A stretch of DNA of 64,000 nt. Source: Ptychomitrium polyphyllum (Eukaryota). The notes under the pieces were generated by a model. It saw only the letters and a program-made list of their open reading frames with translations. It had not been told where the DNA came from and did not search any database. The translations under genes were made by a program, and so were the position numbers. Positions 1 to 13,487 of this stretch are shown here, in pieces. The stretch covers positions 10,168,001-10,232,000 of the forward strand of contig OZ316776.1 of assembly GCA_973851085.1 (NCBI GenBank). Reading direction: 5' to 3'. The first letter of the stretch is position 1, and every line of letters begins with the position of its first letter.

Positions 1-1471
1 ACCATGTGAGCCATGCCCATGGATTTCCTTGTACTCAAGTCAACTTCATGTGAACACTCATGGTCCCATGCCACTCCCATAGCAGTTGCTAGACTGTGAA
101 CTCGTCACCACTTCTAAAGCTAATGGTGAGCTTGGGCTAAACTGTACGAAAATCACGTAAAATGGGCTAATTTTGTTGATCAACCGAGTCGTCCTTGGGC
201 TCATATTTTTCAGGTCTCCTGTCATTGTGTCCATCACTGCATGTTAAACTGCAAACTGAGACGATACAGTCCGTGAGCAAATATGCAGAGCGAGTACCTC
301 TGAACTAAAAGAAAGAATCAACGCCTTCTAGAATACTGAACAGCTTGTTCGACATCACACTTCAGACCTAATCTAAATTGTCTAAGGAGACGCTGATGAA
401 ATCAGAGGTCTGGTTCACCTCTGAAGCGGTACTTGTGTACAGAGATGTCAATGAAAAAAATTCGAGCCTGAAGAATAAATTCTCAAGATCTTGGTATAGC
501 ATTCTTGCTAAGACACTCAACATGATTACATACATTATAACGCAATTACCTAGACTTCATGTAAGAGGCCTTCAGTATGATCCATGTATGATGCTCCTGT
601 TCTAATTCCCTTGCAGTTAGCTGGTGGCAAATTGAGACGGTGTTCTAACTATCTCTCAGAGTTGCTGGATGTTTACGTACATTCATGAATAATAGAACGG
701 CGCATCAAATCAGGAAGTGGCTATGATCACTATTGCTGATACACATTCACAACTAGTTCCTGAAAAGTGATTTCATAAACAGGCACAAATTAAAAATACA
801 ACTACACATCAACAATCATTGCTCCAGCCATCCAAGGATCGATGCCACATCGCTAAAAATAGCTTGGATAGCGAACTAATTATTTTCTTCAGACATATAA
901 ATAGACCTTTTCATACATTGTTTTTATTTATAAGAATGGCTTTTAATTCTCATCATATATTCAATCCTCAGCACATCTTTAAAACCAGTACTAGAACCTT
1001 GTAGTGCTCAGTTTGATGTCTTCCCGCTCGATACTGGGAAATTGCAGATCCTTCAGGACACACGATCCATGCTCTACCACTCGCGAACTTCATCCTCTTC
1101 ATCATGAATGGTTACAAACTATCGCCGCTTCATGTTTTCGCTTGAATAATCCCCGGTTGCATATCGTGACAATATCAAGAGGGAAACCTTCCATCAAGAC
1201 CTTGAAGTCCGAGTGGCATGTGATCACTTATGATTAACAAGCAGCTTCAGTACGCCGCATTGGTTCACAAAGCTTTAGCTCATGGATAATATGCAGAATC
1301 CATCTCTTTGAGAATCCATGCAAGTGGAAGAGTATTCGACAAAGATTTTTCACCAGGTCCCGAGGATGATTTCGGTCCCTTCGTAGACCAAGAGGCCAAC
1401 GCCACAGTAATCTTCTCGCCGGAATTGCATTTGAAGGGGAATAACAGAGTTGACTGACCGTATACAGTTTA

Positions 1472-1492
1472 AGAAGAGAGAGAGCACAAGCA
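1472..1492 (-). promoter_or_regulatory. Candidate miR529 target site directly after the stop codon of copy 1
   Basis: The + strand at 1472-1488 reads AGAAGAGAGAGAGCACA. This equals nt 1-17 of moss miR529 as I recall it (AGAAGAGAGAGAGCACAGCCC), so the minus-strand mRNA is complementary. The sequence is low-complexity and GA-rich. Confidence 0.5.
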
Positions 1493-1711
1493 CTAACTTG
1501 ACGGTGCAGATGACGTGGACGAGTCGAAGTGCCAGGTGTGGAAGGCGGGCATGAAGACGTCCTGCGCGTACAGCACCCAACCATCGCTCAGTGACCACAG
1601 CAGTACTGAAAGTAGTAGCAGCAGAGACACCACATACGCCTTGATCACCAAGTACGACACCTCGCCCTTGCTATACTCCAACTCATGATGCACCACCACC
1701 GCCTGCTTCAT
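1493..1711 (-). CDS. Small single-pass membrane microprotein, 'KAY...SDxW' family copy 1 (72 aa)
   Basis: ATG-to-TAG ORF MKQAVVVHHELEYSKGEVSYLVIKAYVVSLLLLLSVLLWSLSDGWVLYAQ... It aligns without gaps over the KAY-to-D-x-W core with the ORFs at 5470, 9831 and 16090, and has one hydrophobic segment. Confidence 0.75.
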   Translation of the reverse strand: MKQAVVVHHELEYSKGEVSYLVIKAYVVSLLLLLSVLLWSLSDGWVLYAQDVFMPAFHTWHFDSSTSSAPSS

Positions 1712-2299
1712 CGCTCCACCAACCCAGGCACCACAATCCGTCGGAAACGTCCCTTCCTGTAAAATCCTGCAACAACGTCACCAACTCAACCTCCGGCACC
1801 AGACAAGCCACTGGTTCAATTTTTGCTGTCCGATGATCAGTACTTGATACAACTTACAAAGTTCTCGATCATGTCCAGATACACCGACGAGGCCAACTTC
1901 TGATCGATCAACGTAGAGCCTGAGGAAAAGCTGCTTTCGAAGAAAAGACCAAGAACATTACAAGTACAGCTCCTCCAAAGTGTGATCATCCCTGGAGCTG
2001 CACAGCGGCGGCGGTGTGAAACCAGTAGCTAGACGTTCGGAGCGCAACAGTGGTGCCGTCCGAGTTGCGAAACGACTGGGAGTGCAGCAAGAAAGTGGTC
2101 CAAACTCGCACGCACAAATGGGGTTCTGGAATGGCAGGTCCAGCTCCAAGTCCTCCCCCCTTGCAAGTGGGGAGCATGTATCTATACAGTGCTGTGTACT
2201 TAGGACTCTGATCCATTGCTCTGTTCAAGTGCAGGTAAGGTGTAGCTGTCATGTGCGTAGGTGGTCGGTCAATTCGGGATGCATGGCAGAGTGCTACAC

Positions 2300-2325
2300 C
2301 TAATTAAACCATGAGGTTTAATTAG
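2300..2325. promoter_or_regulatory. Perfect 11-bp inverted repeat with two TAATTA cores, upstream of copy 1
   Basis: CTAATTAAACC-atga-GGTTTAATTAG read directly from the sequence. Confidence 0.5.
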
Positions 2326-2422
2326 CAAACTCCCACATACGGAGTCTACTAGTGATAGTAGATGCCATGCATCTTCAGCTCCTTGTTGCTAGCTTTCACC
2401 GGTCAAGCTTTTCTTTTCTTTC

Positions 2423-2448
2423 CGTTTCGTTTCGTTTCGTTTCGTTTC
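2423..2448. repeat. (CGTTT)5 microsatellite
   Basis: Read directly from the sequence. Confidence 0.85.
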
Positions 2449-5400
2449 TCAAATCAGTGGTGGTTAAATTCTTCTAGATAAGGTCTCTTCTATAACTTGA
2501 GTTTGAGTTTATGGAAGTTGGAGAGCACAGTCATAAACCATATCTCACTTTATAACATGTTATATAAGTTTGTAGTCCAAGTGAACAATAATAAATATAA
2601 AAAGAAGCCAAAAGATTAGGTTTAAAATGGTTCTACAAACTCCAATAGGTTTGAGGTTAAAAATGAAATTATAATTGATGTCAACGTGATTTGGATGAGT
2701 TTAGTGATTCAACAAATTTCTTCAAACAATTCAAGGAGTTACAATTGCAAAACTATTCATGTTTAAGTTTATATGTATTTTGCATTGTCTTCTAAAGGTT
2801 TAAAATGGACATTGCCATTAATATTATACAATAATGTTTTGTTGTATCTAGAGTGGTTTCATATGCCTAATTGATTTTATTTAAGATCAAAAGTGAAGTT
2901 TAAATTCATGTGCCTTACTATCATGTGCCTTACTATGGTTTAGATGAGGTATTAGAATTATAATTTGGAATTTTCTACATATAGAAAAATATCAACTATA
3001 TGTAGATTATTCAACATGACATTATTCAAAGGATTTTCAAAGGTTAATTATGCAAAGTCAAAACTTCAATGTGTTAACAATACTATGATTGATTTGAAAT
3101 AACAAGCATATTTGTGCAAAGCATGTGGTATTGCACAAGCACATAATATTTAACACCAAGTTTTAAATCACTTGAAACAAAAGGACTTTTGTCCTTAAGA
3201 TTTTCAATAATTGAACATTCATAAATTTTTATAAATCAATCAAATATTGGATTTTTAAATGTTTTGAAGTTGTGCTATCTTGTGGATCTATTTAAAAAAA
3301 ATATTATGTTTATTATTAATAATAACCACATTTAATTGTCTTTCATTTAATTATATTCAATGCCATGCCAATTAAATTTTATTTATGCCTTGCAAATGAC
3401 TTGCATTAATTATTAAATACAAATGCTCAGTTTTTTAATCCAATTGTTTGTTTATCATATTTAATGTTGATTTTTGTCTAATTTTAGATCCAATTCAATA
3501 AATGGATTTAAAAATGACAAATTTTTATTCAAGTATTGTACTTGGTTGTGCATAACAAAATATAAGTCTTAGTGTTAGAAGCTCTTCAAAAGTGAAGTTC
3601 AATTATATTAGATTTTATAAAAAATAATGAATCACAAATTCTATTAAATATGTATAAAATAATTCAAGCTACAACAAATCTTGTAAAGCCATTAGCACTT
3701 TTTTTTAATAATTAAAATAAATACAAAAAGAGAAAATTTCTAGAAGCCACTTTTAAAAATCACTAAAAGTTATGTACATAAGATTGAATGTTATAATCCT
3801 ACAGACTACCATTAATATTCTCATGTAATTAGTTTTCCATAGGATCTCCAGCTTGAAGAGCTGGATATCCAAAATTACAATTTATAAAGGGTAGTTTAAT
3901 CACATCAAACTAATGACTTTTCAATTTATTCAATAATACTTCAAAAAGTGGCCCAAGACGGTTGTTCGAAATTTAGGGTTAATAAATATTTTTAAGATAG
4001 TAATTCTACAAACCCTTTTATTGCAGTACAGTCTCCAACTGTTGAATTCAATACATTCTTTATCATTGCTTTGATTTGATTCTGGTCGATTGTTGGAATG
4101 AGCCCTGGCATTTGGAAGGATTCAACTCTAGAATATATAACTGCACATTGCAATGCACAATGCGGTCGCCTTCACAACTTGTGCTCACTACTGTAGCTGT
4201 AACTTTAGTTCCAATCAAGTGTATTTTTACATGTTTCTGAGGGTAATGACTACTGACAAGTTTGTTTCCCACTTGCAACTTCCCACGAATCAAATAAAAT
4301 GTCTGACCACTGCAACAAAAGTTGCAAGTTGCATGTTGAATACAGTAACGAATAAACTTTTGGCAAGAATGGTAAGCAACGACTCCACTGACAATCACAA
4401 CCGGATACAAGCACTGTAATGAATTCACCACATCATACAAGTGATACTGGGTAACAGTTCTTCAGTGATCAAAGGAGGGAGAAATGATCAGTGTTAAGTT
4501 CTCATCACATTAATGAATGCCTACTGTTCCATAACGTAATTGATATATGCTATTATTCTGATCAAGCTTACAAGATGTTTGAAAGCAGCTTGATGTTAAG
4601 CATTGAGGGGATAAGATATTGAGCCACGGTGCAAATCTCTATCATCCCGTGACTGATCTGGCTAGCTTCGGGACAAAATCACTGAAGGTCACATAGCTTA
4701 CCACTTGCACAAATTAAATGTTCCGGTTAAAACGGGGATTTCTGAAACTTTTATTAAAAGCATTTCTGCAGGTACTTTACATAGTGCTTGCTGCCGGAGA
4801 AGCCCAAATTGTAGGTGAAAAGTTTGCACAATGCGCCACTGCAGTTTTGTATTTGGTTTTTAGTTGGAATCAAATGGAGAGGGAGATTGCAATGCAAATA
4901 CAGCATAAAATATTATAATAAGAAAAGTTCAAACGGAGAACATGTAGTACTGAATATTGGAAGTGCCTCCTTCATGAGCTTACCCCAAACGATCGAATAT
5001 TTTTATGACATTGCGTAGCGCAAGTTGGAGCTCCTATCTCGATTGCATTCTACTCGTATGAACTGCTTCTGTTACCGTAGTGGAACAGCTGGATACACTG
5101 CTAATTACACTCCATGAATTTTTCACTTCCACAAAATCCGGAACAAGGTAGGTATGATGAATTTAAATGGCCAAGGCGAGGCTAATATCATCATACCCTT
5201 GAAGTCCACTTTGAGCTGAGCAGACTGCATTGGATCGTATTCTAGTGTGCATACTTACGTTGACAACTTAGGCCATTATCCGAGAGCTGAATTTTTATTC
5301 ACTGCAAGACTTCGTCTAGTGAACTGAATGCACTGCTTCTTTGAGTCAAGGCCTACAGCACCTGAGATTCAACTCCATACTAGTCCATTGTGACATCATT

Positions 5401-5469
5401 TTTTCGTTAGATTAGTATCCTTCAGAGTTAGTTGATTTGAGAGATACTCAGACGACGTCGGTTTTGAAG

Positions 5470-5649
5470 ATGAAGTGCTCCGCGCTCGACTTTGGTTGGA
5501 ACCGTGATTCGACCTATCTGCTGGAGCCCGCGGATGTGTCGTCAATGATGGTGATTCAAGCCTACACAGTGTCATGTCTTGCGCTGAGCACGGTATTGCT
5601 CTGGACTGCAAGCGACGCATGGTATGCTTATGCGCAATGTTTCGTGTGA
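5470..5649 (+). CDS. Small membrane microprotein, family copy 2 (59 aa)
   Basis: First in-frame ATG is at 5470: MKCSALDFGWNRDSTYLLEPADVSSMMVIQAYTVSCLALSTVLLWTASDAWYAYAQCFV*. The QAY...WTASDAW motif has the same spacing as the other copies. Confidence 0.75.
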   Translation: MKCSALDFGWNRDSTYLLEPADVSSMMVIQAYTVSCLALSTVLLWTASDAWYAYAQCFV

Positions 5650-8600
5650 TCCGCGTTTCATTATCGACTCCTTTCAAATGGGAATATTAGATCTGTGAAA
5701 ACCTTGACAATATTTGGGGAATACGTATTGGATGTCAGAATTGGTATTCAGATACAACAGTGGTGACGACCTCGAAGCGGTCGAACCAACTCACGTCAGA
5801 TTTTTGGAGGTGTCGGACTAGCGACACACAACGGCGGCCCAGGTCAATGAATCCTGCCTTCATTTTATTTCGGACTTGGACCAAAGGTTGACACTCCCAA
5901 GCTAAAGGGTAGTTACCAGACTTCTTCAGTCTGTGGTGTATCTGAGGTCACAGCTGTGATAATGTAACTTAGACCAGGTCTTTGAGGCCCTTTCATAGCC
6001 AGCTTTGGACAGGGTCTGTCAGTTCACTTTCTCCTGCGCTGCGCTTGTGTTCAAAGTTTGTGCCTGTACAAAAACAATCATGAAAAGATTCTTTCGAATT
6101 TTTCAGAATGTCATGGCACTCTTCAGTGAGTTAGTTGATGTAACTCACCGTCACTGTGGAATGCAAGAAATTTCATAACAGTCACAAATAACTGTAAGTG
6201 CATTATAACATTCACCTTGGGGCAACCACCAAAACCACAACGGTAAAACATAGAAATCCAAAGATGATGTATCGTTAATTCATGTAGAGAAAACAACTAT
6301 AAATAATTGAACCTCATATATGTTTAATTATTAAAGGCTCCTTTTATTAATATAAGTTTTAGTAATAATTACGTAAATATACAATGATTTCTTCTAAATT
6401 ATAAAATATTCGTTTTTTTCATAATCTTCAAAACATACGTAATAATATATGTGTTGTATAAAGTTGATAGGAATGTGTTTCCTCCAATAATGAACATAAC
6501 TTACTAAAAATTTGATTAATTATAACAACTTGTATTCCATTTCTTCAAATTCTATGAAAAAAAAGTTGAATTCCGATCTCTAGGAAGATTCCGTGTAAAT
6601 AAGTATCTATTTATTCTATCTCTTAGTCCATGTTTCAAGTAGAATTATTTTTTCATGTAAGGAAGAAAATTCTATATAACAAATAGAACACTACAAATAA
6701 TTAAAATACCAAGGCACCACACATTGTATGTAACTTAAATTATATTAAAGTATATATGTTATGTAATTATAGAAGATGCTTAGATGCAAGTGAATTTTAC
6801 ATTTGCTTAGCTCCAATTCAAAACTTGGGTAGGCTTATTTGAGGTAGGAAGTATTGTTGTATTAACTTAGCATTAATATGTGAATACTTTGATTGAAAGA
6901 AAAGATGTGCCAATATCTTGAATAATTATGATTTCATGCTAGAGAGTTAATATTAATGAAAGAATGGTTTAAATTATTACACCAATTTAAAGCTGGAATT
7001 GAAGGATTGGATGGAGGTTGGTTGTTTTGAAGTTTTTTTAAAGAAGTATAAACATAGTGTATTATTTTGTTAATGTATTAATGTTTTTAAAGGTGCATTT
7101 GATGGATATTTTAAAGATCTTTCCTCTGAAGACTATTGTTGAAAGAATGTGTGTTCCTACTTTTGCACTAGATGTAATCACTATGATAGGTTTAATTATC
7201 CATCATTTGACTTGATGTTATTAATGAATGGTTGGTGTTTACTCGTTTTTTTTGTTAATTATTCATTGGAAGAATCTAACATTAGAGCATGTAAATTTAG
7301 TAAATTTTATTATGATGTTGGAAGCAAGGATTTTTGTTGCAAGTTTGTAAGGTGGATTTTGTTGTTAAAGAATAATTTTTTACATATGTTGTATTTAATT
7401 TGAATTTTTGCATTGAAATAACATCTTCTATTATTGCATGCACATGGTAGTAACCATGGAAGTCTTTTTGCTATATTGGATTCTTTTACAAAATTACATG
7501 TATTGAAGCCAATTTTTCATTTTTCATTTTTTCATTTATAAAGACTACTTTTTTTTAATGGTTGAAAAAAACCATCTATACAATAGCAAAAGTATAGGAA
7601 AAATCTAAAAGTGGATTATTTCAAAGTTTGGCAAAAAAAGTGGTAGTATGTTATTTAACTACAATATTATAAAATAAGTAATTTTAAAACCATTTAATCA
7701 ACATTGCTCATATTTATTCTTAGCACGTGCACAACTATACATAAATAAATTTCAAACACATAAATACTAAAAAAGACTATATTATCAATTAAATCTTCAA
7801 AATGCTTATAATGTATAAATGTTATATTATAATTTTCACTACTTCTTGATTTTTTTAGTGAATTTAAGAATAGAAAATTTAGAGAGAGATCTTTTTATTT
7901 GAATGGAAACAATGCTTCAAAATTTGAACATTCTTATATTTGGCAAAATGTAAAACCTTAACTCCATTTGAAAGGGAGCATTTTTTTTATAGGTTTGGTT
8001 GTTTAAATTTTACTCTAAATTATTTTTTAATAAATATAAAATGATCTTCCTCATATTATTTTACTACAATAGCTAAAAAATACCAATGCTAATCCATGTA
8101 TCATTTCAATGAAGATTTTAAATTAGATGTAAGAATGTTTTAGTAATTATAATATTTTCCAATTAAATCATAAAGAAATTTATCTTAGGGACCAAAATAA
8201 TTATATTGTAATTTATAAAAAGATCTTTCTATGATTCATAAGCCTTCTTAAAGTGAGTTATTAGGATTTCTTAACATTCTTAATTCAATAAAAATGTGCC
8301 TTTTAATTTGAATTTTAAAAATCATGCTAGATAAAATATTTTATTTTGACAGATAGTTAAATAAATTTAAATTGTAAAAGAAATGAACCTTGCTTAGTAA
8401 ACTATGGCAGTATTTACATTAAGCATTATCTAAAAGAAAATCACAATCACTTCAAGCAAAATACACATTTTTATAAAATCATGAATGAAATCTTCCTTAG
8501 AAATTAAAAGATTAAAAATATTTAATTACATGGTGAAGAGTGAACAAAACATTAATATTACATAAAAAATAAACATTTATCTCATTTTTGGAATTTTTTT

Positions 8601-9830
8601 TTTTTCATAATACATAAAATCATGAATGATCAAATGATAATTGGATTATTTTTTAACAAATTTATTTTATGATTTGTTTTGACTTTCTAAAAACAAGTTC
8701 ATTAACAATTAATGAAGTAAAAACTATTTTTGATGATTAAACATTATAACATATACATGACCTGGTACTTGCAATGTTCATCTAAATCTTTAGCTACTGA
8801 CCATTTATCACGCAATAATTCAACAAACTCTAAATTTGATTTCTATGTTGATTCCTAAGCGGAGGGGTTGTTCTAACATTGATTATAGAATGAACAAAGT
8901 GATTTGTTATAGGAGCCAAAAAGACCATCCTTAAGTTGGTTCACAGATGTTTTACTTTTATCTACTGAAGCGGCCAAAATCTTTAGCCGTGTGTTAAAAA
9001 CATTGTGTTTGTACATAGCTTGTACATAGTTTCTACATAGCAACCTGGTTTTCAGTGCAGTTTCATAGCCTCCAAGATGGCCTCCCAAATTCCCAACGCC
9101 ATGCATGCACTGAATTCCTGCCCACCTCAAAGACGGAGAAGTGAGAATCGGAGGGGTATGGGTGCCACACCCCAGATCACACATTCCATACTCGCCGCAG
9201 TAATAAATCCTCGTATCATGAAAGCTGAGATCTATCCACTCACAATAGCTCCCGCTAATATAAGCAGTCTGGCACCTCTTGGTAATATTAGAATGCGTGG
9301 TGGGCACTGGGATCTTCCTCTTAGGCTATCAATGCAGCCCCCTTGGTCCGAATGGCTGAGAACGCGCATCGTCATAATGATCACAAGCCACATGTTTTAT
9401 ATTATAAAATAACAACACACAACACTGCTCCCGAAACTGTGGCCTGGACTGATGATGATGACGACCACCATGAGCTGAGCATACATTGAATTGCCAACCA
9501 AATGTATGATACGACCCACTTGCACAAGTTGCAGCTCCTCCAAAATACTATTTTTTGCACCCTACAGTAGACAAGCTGATTTCTTCCTTTGTTTGAACCC
9601 GTAGCTTCAACTGCAACTTGAGGCGTCCTTGTCCCAGTTATGTAAATTAAGCAGTTGTTCTCCGCGTTTGAGCTCAGCACCAGGTTCACAAAAACCTCAG
9701 TCATGCAGAGTTTGTTTCACTCTCTTCTCTGCTCACAACTTTCAGTTGATCCTCTTTCTTTCGGTTAGAGCACTAGCAATCTGGGAATGCCAGTCGTATG
9801 ACGAAGGGTGTTTATTAGTAGGGTGAATCA

Positions 9831-10040
9831 ATGGAGGTTTTCGTGCGAGATTTGGAGTCCAAGAACGAGGTTTCCTATTTTATGATTAAAGCCTACGTCT
9901 TGTCTCTCTTCTTTCTCGTGGTGATTCTGTTTTTGGCTGTTGGCGATGCTTGGACTCAGTATGCAGAGTTGTACTTCACGTCCTCTTTTACCTCGAGCTA
10001 CACTCACCGCTATCTCGACTTCAGCTTGATGACTCTCTGA
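9831..10040 (+). CDS. Small membrane microprotein, family copy 3 (69 aa)
   Basis: MEVFVRDLESKNEVSYFMIKAYVLSLFFLVVILFLAVGDAWTQYAELYF... Start context is good (tcaATGG). It is closest to copy 1 (LE.SK.EVSY, W..YA). Confidence 0.78.
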   Translation: MEVFVRDLESKNEVSYFMIKAYVLSLFFLVVILFLAVGDAWTQYAELYFTSSFTSSYTHRYLDFSLMTL

Positions 10041-11381
10041 AGCGCTAGGCTTCTGATTTGCTGTCTATTCTTCCATAGCCTTAACTTTGCCCTATTAGAA
10101 TTCCGTTCCTTTCACCGTTCAAAATGGAGCCTCCAGGCTCGAAACACAATCTTTTCAATAGAGATTTCAAAGCCACCCACTTGCTTCCCGACATGATGAC
10201 TTCGTTCGTAGTGCCCTTGAGTTCCGGGCTCTTCAATTGCTCTGTTTCGGTTGATTGGTGCATGATCTCGAGCTCCATGCTTTCGGCTTGTCCTAAAGAG
10301 ACGCAAAGACGGCAGGATTCGTTCCTTCCTTCTCTTCCTGAGGTTTGCACATTGCAACCTCCACCCTCGTGACAGCGTTTCCAGGAATTGAGCGGATGCA
10401 GATACAGACCTCCTTCGGTGGCGTGAAGGATGGGTGAAGAAGGCAGCGAGCAAGGATTAGGCTTCTACATTGGATATTCAAGCAGTCTATTGAGTTTGTT
10501 GTTGCTCGGCGGGAGTGACCGGCTTTGTTGAACATTTGAGCCATGATACTCGAAGTTGTGTTTCAAAGGCTGCTGGGAATAGACTCAGTGACCACGAACA
10601 GGGAGCATTCAATAATTGCTATGACCTGTTCTTTAAGGTTTGGTCCAGATGTGAGTATTCTTGAGCAGTGGATTCAAATAGATCATATTTTTGAGGCTAG
10701 GTTAGGTTAAATTCAAAAGCTTACATGTTCGCATATGTGCAGTGCACACATAAATACAATGAGGTATCTTTTAAATTTATTCAAGATGTTATTTTCGGGC
10801 TCTGCTTCTTTTGAGTGTTCTGCTACAACTTGACTGATTGTGCTTCTTGGTGAGGCTGCAACGTTTGAGTCTTCACTGAGATGATCCATCTTCCTGAAAG
10901 TTGTGGTCACTGACCACTTTGCAAGAGATAATACTTTGCAAATTTTTTGGATGATATAACTGGAAACAGTCGATAACGCGTCTTAGCATTATCACTCTTC
11001 ATGTGCCTAACATCACTCTCTGCTCCGCTGCTGTTCTTCTGTGGGATTCCTTAGTCAACTTTTTTTGTGAAAAGATTTCAGTTTTGCAAATTCCCCTTCC
11101 AGAATAGCATCTGAACCACTGCTCCCAAAAACCACTGGACTATGTGATTTTACAAACTCTACTGGTTAGAATCAATGATCTTTCTCGGGCTTTCTTTTTG
11201 TTAATGTTCCGCTAATTGTCCTGCACACGGTTAATCTTTATTGGAGTTCCGAGAGGCTGCGCAGGGAACGCCAACTCAACAAAACTATGGCACAAAGAAG
11301 CTCACCCACTACACTTCACAGCATATAATTGACGTGTTAGGAGTACTGTCGATCATCTGTGACCTGCTTCTTGCTTGCAAG

Positions 11382-11585
11382 TTGATCATCAAAGCCTACG
11401 TCAAAGCGATAATTATAATCACCATATTCAAAACGCAGGCTGGCGGTGATGCACTGATGGTGACGATGGGGAGCAGGCGGTGTTTCCTGGCTGCTGCTGC
11501 GAGTTCTGCCTTGAAGTTTCTCCGAGGCGGCGATCAGGGCGGAGATAGCGGCACAGGCATAAGACCTTCCTTCTATGAAGGATAG
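11382..11585 (+). pseudogene. Divergent or degenerate family copy 4
   Basis: LIIKAYVKAIIIITIFKTQAGGDAL. K is at 11391 and D at 11448, the same K-to-D spacing as the other copies. The conserved Trp is lost, lysines interrupt the hydrophobic stretch, and there is no in-frame ATG upstream of the motif. Confidence 0.45.
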
Positions 11586-11840
11586 ATTGGATCTCACGCA
11601 CTGTCCCCCATACGCGAATTAGAGAATCCACTTTCAAGCAGATTCGTTGTCACGAATAAATTCTGAACCAGTAAAAACCTTCTCAAACATGACAAGAACT
11701 TAACTTGTAAACTTATTATCCTTGCTTCGAATGGAAATGGCCGTCTCGCGTTAGAGCTCATCTCATGTTGCATGGGCATACTCCTCCCACAAAGCTTGGG
11801 CTGAACGCTTAATCTTCTCGAGCTTTGTCTACATGGCATG

Positions 11841-11927
11841 GGAACTTCATAAGGAACTTCATTAGGAACTTCATTAGGAACTTCATTAGGAACTTCATTA
11901 GGAACTTCATTAGGAACTTCATTAGGA
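11841..11927. repeat. 12-bp minisatellite (GGAACTTCATTA)x7
   Basis: Seven near-perfect units. They give the PNEV repeat in the minus-strand ORF. Confidence 0.95.
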
Positions 11928-13067
11928 GTGCATTCATGTGGGAGCCCATTCATGCATATGGTATCTTGGTTTAGGATATAGGAGCCAAAATGTGCGGCAT
12001 GGCTATTTGTAATGCACATTGACATATTTGTATTTTTTTAAATCTTTAAGATTTAAGATTTGTGGTGCGTTGATCTATTGAAGGTTTGGGATTAATGTAA
12101 TGTTTTGTTAATGTCAAAAGCTAATGTTGATTTCTAGCTTGTGGATTTGTAGGTGTATTAAGTACAAGAGCCTTTGCATGATTGGAAGTTTTAAAGTGCC
12201 AATCTTTACCAATAAGGGAACAATTCAAATTGAACAATTTTCCTTTACTTAAGGACTTTAAGCTTAAAGATTGTAAAGATTGAAGAAGGTTGATTGGATA
12301 TGAGTTCATCAATACTTTGATTAAAATCTATGTTCTTGATTAAAGTAAGTTGACAATGCTACTAAATCTAAAAATATTTCGAGCATTATCATTTTTTATT
12401 TATAAAGAATATCAAAAATGAGGCAATATTTTACAAAAGTTTCAAGATAATTCCAAAAAATCAAGTTTAATATCTCATATCTTTATAAATTGACAAACTT
12501 GGTAAATTATCATTTTGGAACTTATTATTTATTTATTATATGTATTTATTATGTTTATTTTTTTGAAAATCAATGTATAATTTATAAAAAACATTGGAAT
12601 ATTAGAAATTTTTAATGTTCATGTCTATTCAAATTATTAATTTTTTTTTCTTACATTTGATATAAATGTGGATGAAAGTTATCAATCAACACCTTTATGC
12701 AAGACATAATAAAACTTAGAATCTTGGATGCTTATTACAATCTTTCAAAATATTATTAATACATAAATTTTTTAAAGGAATAAGATTATATACAAAAATG
12801 TGTAAAAAGATGAACTTGTATACAATGTGATATTGGAAACCAAAGATATAAATGAAAGTATGTCATGTGTTTTACAATTAAGTTAAAGACAATTGTTGTC
12901 TTTAATTAAAGCCATTATTATCTTTAATTTTTAAAGCCATTATTTCAATTATTATTTTCAATAATTAAAGCCATTATATATTATTTTGATTAAAATTGGA
13001 CTTCATATACATATACAAGAGTATGCCAAGTGAAATTATGCAAGCTTATTTTGTGAACTTTATATAT

Positions 13068-13487
13068 TATTACAAATATAAGTTATATAATATAATCTTT
13101 AGAATCTTCTAGAACCTTTTGGTACATTTTAGTAGCTTCTTAAAATCCTTTCAATGCTTCCATAGCCATTCCACCTTCTTGAAAAGCTTCTTAAGAAGGT
13201 TCCACCTCCATTGAAAACTTCTAAAAAAAATTCTATAGACTTTGAAAACATTAAGAAGCTTTAAAGGATGCGTCTTTAAAAATATCTTAAGAAACACATG
13301 CATTGTAGTATAAATAGAAGGCAAGACAAGATATATTTTAGTCTTGTGAATACAAATTATAAATCATATTTTTATATTGTGCCCTTCTTTTAATCTTTGT
13401 ATCATTTCTTAAGAATCAATAGCATTTTAGAAGCTAATTCAAAGAAAATACTTTGTGTCTACTTCTTGTTTTCTTTTGCTTTTAATA
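13068..13487 (+). mobile_element. Degenerate solo-LTR-like relic, same family as 62787-63388 and 63580-64000
   Basis: Shares TATAAATAG.AGGCAAGACAAG..AT..TTTAGTCTTG, GAAGCTAATTC and CTACTTCTTG blocks with the copies at the window end. Confidence 0.75.

Noticed and set aside
1200..1700. Possible MIR529 hairpin or TAS6/TAS3 locus
   Set aside because: I found no complementary star arm near the miR529-like sequence and no miR156 or miR390 partner site.
5345..5365. GTC AAG GCC TAC (VKAY) upstream of copy 2
   Set aside because: It is followed by a stop two codons later and has no hydrophobic segment, so it is too short to call a paralogue.
11594..12025. 143-aa ORF with PNEV repeats
   Set aside because: The open frame is explained by the 12-bp minisatellite and there is no other protein-like signal.
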